From Lytechinus pictus (taxonomy: Eukaryota), in assembly GCF_037042905.1 (NCBI RefSeq), contig NC_087245.1, positions 43,650,001 through 43,714,000 on the forward strand: a stretch of 64,000 nucleotides of DNA, written 5' to 3'. Shown in pieces: positions 38,901 through 50,600 of the stretch. Below the pieces are notes generated by a model. The model saw nothing but the letters and a program-made list of their open reading frames with translations. It did no database searches and had not been told where the DNA came from. Position 1 is the stretch's first letter. The number at the start of each line of letters is the position of its first letter. The position numbers and the translations under genes are program-made.

Positions 38901-41900
38901 GTGTACCTTTCAATGGATGAACATCTTTCCATAGCATCTTAAGAGTTTGCTTTCTGACAAATGAGGCTGTATCTAATTTTGTTACATTGTTCAGAGTTAC
39001 CTGTGTAAATGAATCATTCACATTGTGACTATGACTGAACATAATGCTGTGAGCCAGCACCATCACTGAAGAAGTTGAGGTTGGAGAAAGTCAGATACTT
39101 TGAAGCAGTATCATCAATGAAGACAACGATCTCATGAATGCATAAGTTGCAATTTTATCATGTTCCAATCTGTCATGGCAAACAAGAATGAAGTTTTTTT
39201 TTAACAAACACAAATGATGCAGATTGTGATCCAAGTATGTTGCCAGAGCTGGCTGCATCTTCTTATCGGGCTTCTGTGGCGTACTGGCAATTCTCAAAAA
39301 TATCTACCAGAAAGAGAGCTGAACTTTTATAATTCATCAACTTCAATTTTAGCTTGAATGACATGCAGATTTAATGAATTAATGAGTTAATAGTATATAT
39401 AACATTCTAACATTCAGCTATCCTCAAGCAATTGAAACTGACCATAAGTCTGTTACACTGAACCCAATATTTCATTTTTGTGAATGCTGCCTCTCGTCAT
39501 ATATAGGGGAAGGCGGGGTAAGTTGAGCATAGGGGCAAGTTGAGCCACCGCCCCCAGGCCAATAATGAATTAGTTAGACATTATGGTGGTGTCATGTATT
39601 GATGACCCATTACATAACCCTTAACCCCACCACATTGTTTTCAACTTTGAAACAAAAAGTACTTTTTTAGAGGGAAAAATACAAATTTCAGCCAAAAAAG
39701 TAAAAAAGGGTGTGAAAAAGATAAGTGTTTTTTACACACACACTTCTTTACATATAATAAAGCATATGAACAACATTGTCAGTCCAGGTATGGATCTTCA
39801 TTCTTGTCACAGTTTTTTACATGATGGATACATAAGAAATGTGTGGATGCGAAATTATCGCATTAAGTTCGGACTGGGGTAAGTTGAGCCAGCAAACATG
39901 GGGCAAGTTGGGCCATGGTAATTCTTATGGTAATGTAAATGAAAACACAATCAAACCTTAAAAAGCCATCGATATGCAGGCAGAAAAGAGCAAATTCACA
40001 TGACAGTTCTTTTACTTTTAGAGAATGTAAGTATTTTTAGAGAATTAGCAATTGAAAAGACTTTAAATAAAAAATTGACATGCTGGTTCTTCCCGCATAC
40101 ATTTTGTACATAGTTTTTGTGGCTCAACTAACCCTCGAAGGTGGCACAACTTACCCCACAGATGGGGCAAGTTGTGCCACTTGACATCGTTTTTATTCAA
40201 AGGTCACAACGACTTTCAGGGTGGGGGTAGAAAGTTGAATATAGGTGAAAAAGATTTCCCAATAATCATATTTAAAGGCAAGGTACTTATTTCTACAATA
40301 TTATTAGTCATATCAATTCTATCATGCAAAATGCAAAAAGTGTCACAACTTACCCCGCCTTCCCCTAAGGTGTCATGCCCATTATGCAAAGTGTCATGTA
40401 CTACGCCATTTTTATGACAGTGAGAAGTGGTAAATGGTAGGGGTTTAAATCTAACACATAATCGGAATTTGCAATAACTTCAGACAAATTTTCTGCTAGC
40501 TATGAAAACTTTTAAGTGAAAAAATAACGGACATAACACTGATAATGTTAAAGAAATCACACAAATCTGAAGATAGATTTCTCTAAAATTGATGAATGGC
40601 CCCATTTTTATTTTTTGCAATTCACTATTCTACTTTTTAAGTGATGGAAAAATGCAAATTTTCATCAATATTGCAATTTACCTACTGGAAAATCAAACTT
40701 TATAGATTACTTTTTAACTCTTTGCCCGCCACGGACAGAATCACTCCTGCGCCACATTAATTTCAAGATGCAATCTTAAGAGGGGATTTTCATAGACTAT
40801 GCTAATTAAGCTCACAATAGCTTTTGATTGGTTTATTGTAAAGAAAAGCTTTGTGTGTATACTGTACAATGCGACACATATGTCACTACTGTGTATGTGT
40901 GCATAAACAATAGACTTAAATACACTCTGTGTGCATTGTAAATGATGCGAAGTTGGCAGCCCCCCCCCCCCCCCCCCTGTATGTGACTCTAGTTAAAAAA
41001 AGAGTTCAGAAAATTTGACTGCTTAATTGAAATCTGAAACTTTATTTTTTCACTAGAGTGAACATTTTCCTTGGAATTGCCCATGTACATATCCACATTC
41101 ATTTAAAGATGAAAACGGGTCACAATTATCAATCTTTCCAATGCCAAAACTGAGCAACTTTACTGAATGATTACCTGGGTGTATGGTCTGCACTGGGGTA
41201 GACCCTGGGGCCGTTTGATTCCTAGAATTGGTTGACATGGTGGTATTAGAAGAGGGGGAGGATGTAGTAGTGGAACCAAGACTGGAATGCACATAGGCTG
41301 GCCAGGGAAAGCTGGGAGACTTGGGCTCCGAGGGTAACTTTTCCCTCCACTGCTTCCCATGTTTATCCTTCAAAATTGGTAACATCCTGTGAGTTGAAGA
41401 TAAACATGGAAGTTAAAGGTCAAGTCCACCTCAGATACATGTTGATATGAATCAACAGAGAAAAAACAGACAAGCATAATGCAGAAAATTTCATCAAAAT
41501 CGGATGTAAAATAAGAAAGTTATTACAGTTTAAAGTTTCGCTTATTTTTCAAAAAAATAGTTATATGAACAATATAGTCACATGCAAATGAGAGAATCTA
41601 TGATGTCCCTCACTCACTATTTACTTTGTTTTTTATTGTTTGAATTAAATAATATTTCATATTTTACAGATTTGACAATTAGGACCAACTTGACTGAACC
41701 CTAAAATGTTAATCAATGGTCATTCCACATGTTCAGGAAGAAATAAAACTTCGTTTCACAGAACACTGAGGAGAAAATAAGAATATTTCATATGATAAAA
41801 TACAAAAGAAAGAGTGAGTGAGTGATGTCATCAGTTCCCTCATTTGCATACCGACCAGGACATGCATATAACTGTTTTGTGAAACTTTAAAATGTCATAA

Positions 41901-44627
41901 CTTTCTTATTGTACATCTGATTTTGATGTGTTATGCTTGTTGGATTTTTCTCTCATTATCCAAATCAACTTTTTGTTGGGGTGGACTTGTCCTTTAACTT
42001 CATTCAAGTCAGAATAAAGTCGAGGCACGAAGGGAAATGAATGATAAATAATGTGTGTCAAACATTAATTAGAGGGGAATTGACATACTTGCGAGGAAAT
42101 AACAAATGGAAAATGCTGAGCATTGTTTGGGCCCCACCTTACACAGAGCTATGATCAATTCAACTATAGAATCCATCAATGTCATCATTCTTTGTATACA
42201 TAGGAAATGTACAATATGTCTCTTTCAAAAAAGCAAACCAAAATGATGTGTCAAGACAATGACGCATTAACTGAAAGAATATCAGGAGGTTGATATTTAT
42301 TTTAAATACAGAATTTACATTTTAGCAATTTTTCAACCTGTCAACATCAAGTAAAAACATACCATTTGGTGGAATTCAGAGAATTGTTTGGATAATGTCT
42401 TTGATTGCTGACTAGCTAAAATAATGATACTCCCCTCCCATCCCCCCCCCCCAATGATAATAATAGACCTTTCACCTTCGTCAGTGACCTGAAATTTAAT
42501 GATCTCTTTGCTAATATTATGATTATAATATAAATTTTATGCAATAGACACTTATACTTTCAATATTACCTTGAAAATTTAGTCATAACTTCATTTATGT
42601 TGATACCACATCATGGTCGAGGTTCATTGACGCTAAATGACCTTTGCCTTTGGTCATGAGACCTGAAACTCAGGTCTCATGTGATACTTGATTAGCCTAA
42701 TGTCAAAGATTCATGAAATAGATCCATAGATCAAAACAAGATCGTTTCATAAAGTAAAATTTGGTTAAGATATCACTGTTGACGATATCGCTGATGTAGA
42801 AAAAGTGGCACCTATATCTTGCATCTGATATGTGCTATGCAGGCATGACACAAAAAAATATAGTTTTGTACATCCAATTTGAATTTTAACTCCGAGAAAA
42901 AAGTAGTTTTCTACATCCAGATTGAATTATAACTCTGAGAAAATTTCATACCTGCTAGCTCCATTTTGAGCATTGGTATTGTACATGTCAAAGTTCATCG
43001 CCGTCTTGAAATCCACATAGGCATAGTCATATCTGTTCATGGACGAAAGTAACTTGGATATTGGTACATGTATTCTGTATTCTTAAAATTTCAACAAGGT
43101 AATTTTAAAAATATAACATTACACTACAGAAAAATAATTAATTACCATGTCAATTTGAGTTTGAAGGTAGATGTCATATATAATAACTGTTATCTACTTT
43201 AACTCCATACTTTTAATATGCTGCAATTACATTAACCCTTTAATGACAATGATAAAGACAAGTTATATAAACAGCATTTTAGAGATATATCCTGAGAAAT
43301 GTACACATTCAAAAAGTAAATGAACAAGAATTCCTTGAGCATTTGTTTTGTTTATGCTAAATGTTTATTTTCACTACAATGTAACTTTCAATATATAGAT
43401 GTTTATGTTTAGCATTGGAGAAGAGTATTAAACAGCGAACAATGAGGTGGCTTTCCAAGCTACATTTATGTGCTGTCCTTTCCAAGGAGAATTTTACAGA
43501 AACTGTAAATAATAACCTCTAATGCCCAAACACATAGCTTACATCAATGTAGTCTAATGAAAGTAATGAAAAGCCAAAGACTCACTTTTCAATCGTTTCA
43601 TATGCCTGGGCCCTCTTCAAGTATGTCTTCACATTGTTTGGGTTAAGATCCAGAGCTGAAGTGCAGTCCTCAATACAGGCTTTGGGGTTGCCAGATCTAT
43701 GATGACATGATGCCCTGTTGCTGTACAATGTAGACAATCCCATGGAGTGAACATCCTTATCTGTTGAACAATTCAAATATAAAGTATAAATGGTATAATA
43801 ATAACCTGAGTATGTACTGAAACCTGGGCCCCATCTTACAAAGAGTTACGATTGATCCAATCAATCGTAACACTATGGAAATCCATCAATGTCATAATTT
43901 CTTCTACCAAAAATTTGCACAATGTCCTTTGTATGCAAAGAGTAGCACAGTGAATTTTCAAGAAAACAATGAATGCATGAATATACATCATAGCTACAAA
44001 ATATCTTGAACAAACATGCATAATAGATGTTGACGTTGCTGGCCGTCCATAGTTGCGATTGATCGGATCAATCGTAACTCTTTGTAAGACAGAGCCCAGA
44101 TATGCATCGTTCTCATAGGCTGCCAATGTCGGGCCTGCTGGCATCAGATGTTCAAACTTTTAGCACACTCATTTTATACTTATGACACATTATATTATAC
44201 CAAAAAACTACTAGGCAAAGCGAATCAAGGGTCCTTGGGAGTACAGCACTAGGCAAACTCTCTGGGATTCTGCTTTCTACTCATGTACCATATAGGTAAT
44301 CTTGATATGGTACGGTACTAAAAAAAAATGCATATGACAAATGACAAGTAGAGTAGGCCTGGGACGAAGGTCAATTGTACCATTCGATTATTTCCTGAAA
44401 ATACAATTGAATCATTCGATTGTTCGTCATGAATCACCTCTCAAAATTGCAATTTTTATCATTTGAACCTATAACTGGGTCTATTTTGGGAGACTATTCG
44501 ACATCTGGAATTAGGTGATGGCGCATGTTGGAATGTTATTTTGATTGTGTGAGTGGGGGAGGGCTGGGGCTAATGGAGATTGCATTGTTTGGAAACATGA
44601 AAAGAATTCCTGTTCCCACAGCTATCT

Positions 44628-44663
<36 letters not shown>

Positions 44664-47600
44664 GAGGTGGGGAGGGGTCAATTTGTTTTGAAGTCACATC
44701 CTTTCCCATTACCTTTCCATAATGGGAACGCACATGGCTTCTTCTCAGTGTCTCCCAAACTTTCATTGGCCATCGAATGTCAAATCACACTTCGGCTCAA
44801 GTCAGCTATTTGTGTGTGTACAGACATGCAACCGTAGAGTTATATATACCTATGCATACAACATACATTGTGTATCGAGGGCAAGGCTGGGTGGGATTAA
44901 GATTTTGGGACCTCTTTCAGGTTGGTGTTTAACTGTGAATGTGTTACAATCATTGTTCATTTTTGACAAATTACATCTGTTACATTTTTTAACCGGTATC
45001 AAGTATTTAAAAACAATTATCATTGTTATCTTGTTATTTTGTTACTATTACTTGAGTATTCCAGTTATCCCAAGTGTCTAATCAATATCTGCCGACCATT
45101 TGAACAGTGTAAATTTTGCTAATTGATTAGCGATCGGCGGCAAGCCATTCGATCAATCGATGTTTACTCCCAGGCCTAAAGAAGAGTGCCTCTGGCAGTT
45201 TCGCCTGCATTACGGGATTCAATATACATGTAGCAGCAGTGCTGACTTTGAAAATGACTATGAAATAATTATTCACAAAAAACACCATTCATATGATATG
45301 CTACTACGTTCATTAACCCTAAATTACAGGATTACCCCTAAGTCCACATTTAATTAACTATATCCATAAACTTTCAAAGTTGTGATGGCAATTCAACAAT
45401 TACCTCCTACATAGCCAAAGTTCATTGATCCTAAATGAACTTTGAACTTGGTCATGTGACCTGAAACTTGAACAGTATGTTCAGTGATACTCGATTACTC
45501 TTATGTCCAATTTTAATGAACTAGCTCCATAAAATTTCAAAGTTACGATGGAAATTAAACAAATACCCCCCACATGGCCGAAGTTCATTGACTCTAAATG
45601 ACCTTTTACATGTACCTCTTTTCAAGTCCGATACTACCATCCGTAAACAGCTAGTGTGCCCCACAGACCCCGGGCTGCCTGGCAGACTCGATGGCATTGT
45701 CTACAAGATCCCATGCGGGACTTGTGACAAGGGAAACAGACAGACACATTAGTGATAGAATGCTAGAACATCACAGAGATGTCAAGCATAGGTGCATAGA
45801 TAGTTCGGAAGTCACAGAGCATGCTTGGAATGCAGATCAACCTCCAATTGGGACGAGGTAAGCTGCAAAGCACAGTATAAGCACTGGTACACTGGAACAC
45901 AAATTCACTTACATCCCAATAATATCAACAGGGATAGCGGCATTGACTTCCCCGAGGAATGGATTCCGAGCATCCGCTGGCATGCGCCCCCCCCCCCCCA
46001 GAACCACCCATTGCTCACCGGTCGACCGCCCTCCAACATCCGCATCTAAGCACATTAGTACTTGTGCAGCAACCACATATGACTCCTTGACATCCGCAAT
46101 TCACCCGCTTTCCACGCCACCGCCAGCTGACGGGTTTTTCCCAACGTCCGCAAGCCGCCCAGTGATCGCTCCATCCGCGGATTCTGATTGGTCGGATGCA
46201 CTGACCATTCACAGCGCGGCGGTTCCGGCACCCTCGGCACACAGCTTACGCTATAAAAGGTGCACGCAGCGACAATTGTCCACATTAACTGGGCGTTGTG
46301 GCGTGCGCCTGTAATCCAAGCTGTGGGGAAGTTACAAATTGATGCAGAGGATCGAGGTTCGAGCCCTGGTCACGTCTTTCGGATGGTGACGTTAAAGGTC
46401 GGTCCCAGACGTAAATAATCATATCTGATTGATACACGTCTGACAAAACTCAAATACACACACACATTGTCCACATTGCCTAACGAAGTCTAGCAGTTGC
46501 AGTCGAAACGTTGCAATAACAGTTTGCCACATCGTTGAGACCAAAGATCAACTTCTATAGCGATTGTCTACTACCACGATGGTCAACATATTCCGTATTA
46601 TATCCCTTACTGAAAATTTGTTGCTATTCGATTGGTCGAGAGCCCTTCCCGTGACTAATCACAATTTCACCAGAAAATTGAAATTCAGAGATCAAAATAG
46701 TTCGTGACGTCAGAGTAGAATAGTTTTTTTTTACTATTTTGCGTCCGACTGAAAACCGAGCAATCACTCGGGCACAGCCCACGACGGACTGCCTCCACCA
46801 GGCAAGTCTAGTGATGCAACCGCGCAGACATTTTATCAGGGGACCGCTGAGCGCAGCGCAATCAACACAGGTAAAATGCAATGCGAGCTGAATCACAAAC
46901 TCTCCGATAAATAACTGTCAATGTGAAATCGCGTCTTGCTTGTTTGCAATGGATCTGTATGCTGAAAATAAAATTAATGATGACCATCATTCGATCATCG
47001 AATGATTCAGGCTGTTTGATTTTAGTTCAGCAGGGTTAGTTCACAACCTTCTCAACCTGAAAGTGGAATTATTAACGTTAGAAGATCGATCTCACTAGTA
47101 CAGCCGCACCGCGCAATACCAAACTACCCGGAGTGATGCTTGGCAGCCGACGGTAGCCGCGCGCAGTTTATTCAGGAACCGGCTAGCATAGAGTGATAAG
47201 CCAATTTTGCTTAAATTAGAGCTAAGCCGATCTAGATTTTGTCCAGATCATGGAGATGGGCCAATTAGGACTAGAATACCAATATTTTTCGTTCAAACTT
47301 TAATTATGGAAGGGATATAAAACTAATATACCGGATGTTTCATTTGAAAGTGTAGTGGAAATATTTTATCCTCGGTTGGTCCAGCGCCCCTCGGGAAAAA
47401 TAGTAATTGCCAACCAACCTCGGACAAAAACATTTCCACTATACTTTCTCAAACCCGGTATATTTGTATACTATACTGAAGCTTTTCCACATGCACTAAT
47501 CAGAGTAAAATCACATGAATGAACTAGTGCTGTTATCAGTAAGAAAATTCTCTGTAGATATATCACTAAAAATATCTTACCGATATCAATAACTATCGAT

Positions 47601-50600
47601 AAATGTACATAGGCCTAATCAGTACGCATTTTTATGCATTATAACGATGTCACAATACTCACGTTGGTCAAAGTTTGTATCTGCCACTGTACGAAGAACA
47701 CTTTAAAATCTGCATTCATCGATGTAAAAATTACATAACATCTTTTAACAAACATATTTAGCATAAATAAATCCTCACCTTTCATGTTATTGGCATTATT
47801 TTAGGGTTGGATGGAGTTTTATCAATAATTTTGGTGCTTTTTGGACATCGTTCTGAGCAGTCAACGACTTACGCCTATCTGCCATTCTTATATTGTGCTG
47901 TACATCTTCGTACGTAGAGGGCAGCAACACAAGGCCGTGAGCTGCCTTATGGCCTTCTACGTTATTGAGCTTGCGCTTGTGAATGTTTTTGATACAATCA
48001 AATGGAGTCGAGTGCAGTCACGATGTTTGGATTGTCATGATTATAGCGAAGTGAGATTGTGTTTTGTGGCTAGTAAGTATTCATATTTTGTTGAGATTTT
48101 TGAGTAATTTCTGTTGCTGTTCTGTGCATTTTGAGGAAGAATAGGTTTTCTGTGATTTTTCCGTCTGAAAAGCCACTTTTAAAAGGCCTTTTCTATGAAT
48201 TCCGTCCCCTTTCCGCTATCGCCAAAAAAATCACTGTCATGTCCCAACATAATAGCGGGTATTATCAACAACGAGAGAAAGGTTATCGATATAATTAAGT
48301 GGCAAAAAAAAAGCGATTATCGACAAGACTAGCGATAAAGACGTTATCAATAACAGCACTAGAACAGAATACTAGAACAAAACAATATGATAGAACTAAA
48401 AAGGAGAAAAAGTTACGTTTTGTTCTAGCATTCTGTTCATTCATGCAATTTTACGATGATGAGTGATTGTCGAAAAGCTTCAGTTTGCCTGTTTTTAATG
48501 CTATTTTCCAATACGTAAAAACAACTTCTAACACTTGCTCTAATACTGAGGTCAATCAAAATGCGCATAACAGAAGTTTCAGTATAAACTACAAGATAGA
48601 TTTAATGTTGATCTAATGCTAACCTTTACAGAGTGTCTTGATTGCTTTGCTGTAGCGGTCATTAGCTTCTGTATACTGCCCCTGCTTGAAGAAGTCATTG
48701 CCAGCATCCTTGAGGGAAACCACCATCTGTGGAAGGGGCGGGGCAGGCTCGGGTGGAGTGGGCGAAGGTTCACTTTGATTCGCGGCAATTGGAACTTGGG
48801 ATGTATTGTTCAGCAATTGAGAACTAGATGATACCGGTGGCTTGGAATTGCTTGAACTGCCCCCATCTATCTCACTGCTGCCACTTTCCACTGGACACTG
48901 CTTGCCATTATCCGAACCCTTCTCCTCTGGAGTCTTCTTGGAAACATTCACCTCTTTCTCTCCAGCATCCTCGTCCTCTACCTCCTGAATGACTAGTCTC
49001 CTGCCTCCAGACTTGGCCTTGGTTTCACCAGATGAGAGCTGCTGCTGTCCGGATATACTGCTCGTAGATCCTTTTTTCTTCAGCTCATCCTCAATCTGTG
49101 TCTTCTCCTTCTCCATCTTGGCTACGACATCATTTACCATATCCTATAAAAGATTTTCAATTGAAAAACACGCAGCATGAAATCATATTATTTTCATTAT
49201 TCCTGTTCGGGCACTTGTTATCGTCACCAAATTTAATTCTTCATTTTTAAAACCTCTCATTGAAGAGGCAAAGATTATGCTAAACATGGTAACATGTTTT
49301 CTGTACACAGGTCATTGTATCACATTTTCCCACAAAACCCCATACCTAAAAAAAAATGGGAAATTCAGGAGTGAAAAACATGGCTAACATAAAGCTGCAT
49401 CCAAATAAATGAAAGCTTTAATGCCCTTCTTCTTGGCCTTGGATAACTTGTGTGCCCTTTTTAGTTTTACCCCATATGTACTGTAGTACAAAAATGTATC
49501 CATGTACAAAAGTGGTCCAAGACTAGTAATATTGAAATCAATAGGCCTAAGAGTAGTTGTTTGAAACACAATTTTTGACAAATCTTCAATGGATAAATCA
49601 ATTAGATATTAAAAAGAAAGAAAAAAAAGAGAGACAAGGGGCCTATTTAAATTAAAGAGTTGCAACTTTGGTAACTCTGCCATCATTGTAACTACCATGG
49701 AAACTTTTACTGCTATTGGATAATGAGCACTGCTTCCAAGGTGCCATAATGGCACAGTTACCATAGTTGTATGGCAGTGAGTCCAAACTTCGTGTAGGTC
49801 CATACTAAAAAACTAGCCAATATCCTTAAAATCTGATATCATCAACGTGAAAAGCGACCCAAAATTACCCTTTGGAGTAAGTTTCTTTAGGATGAGTTCA
49901 GTATTCATGAAAATATTGACAAAGATCAGCAAATTTGTCACCGTTCATTCCGAAAAAATCTGATATTTTCAATATGCATCACGATATCATCATTTTGCAA
50001 GCAGATATCATCAAAACTGTGAGTTCAATGTGGTACTGAATGATTCTATAGCATTTTGTTGTCAATCTGATCAATATAAATATCTCTCCTTTTAAACTTG
50101 GGTTTTTGTTTAAATCTACACAACTTTGGTCTGCTAAAGTTAGGTCACACTTTTTCAGAAAGGTTTTCCAGCACAGCGCGCATTCGTCGATCGGAACAGA
50201 ATTTTGAGATCGCAATACCGGCGAAACCCCTTGACCTACTTCACATTTTCGTCAATGATTTTATAGTTTACTATCTTGCCGCCAATGTGGTAACTATTTC
50301 TTGAATTGGTTTTGTATAAATTGTGAATATTTTGTGAACATATTTAAGCCTGATGAATATTTTTGAATAGTCCGCGAAGTTTGGACACCCCATCATACAT
50401 GTAAGTCTCATGGTACCAGGGTCCCATTTCAAACAATAACAAATTCAAAATTTGTATAACAAATTTTTTATCAGCCAATCAGTAGTAGACTTTATCTATT
50501 ATTTCAAATTTGCTATTTATAACACGTTATGTGGAGCAGGCCCAGATCCTGTTACTCTTGCAATGATAAGATGATCGGCTACTAACCAGAGCTTGTTTGT

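Larger units (their letters stand above)
45617..46560 (+). mobile_element. Penelope-like retroelement 3' fragment (GIY-YIG endonuclease region plus pseudo-LTR)
   Basis: Frameshifted GIVYKIPCGTCDK/ETDRHISDRMLEH..SEVTEHAW/NWDEV..NNINRDSGIDFPEEWIP, followed by a TATA-like tataaaagg and a hammerhead-like motif. Confidence 0.85.

Noticed and set aside
46287..46465. Functional 7SL (SRP) RNA gene
   Set aside because: Only ~180 bp, no recognisable S domain or 3' Alu strand, no T-run terminator, and flanked by a TSD
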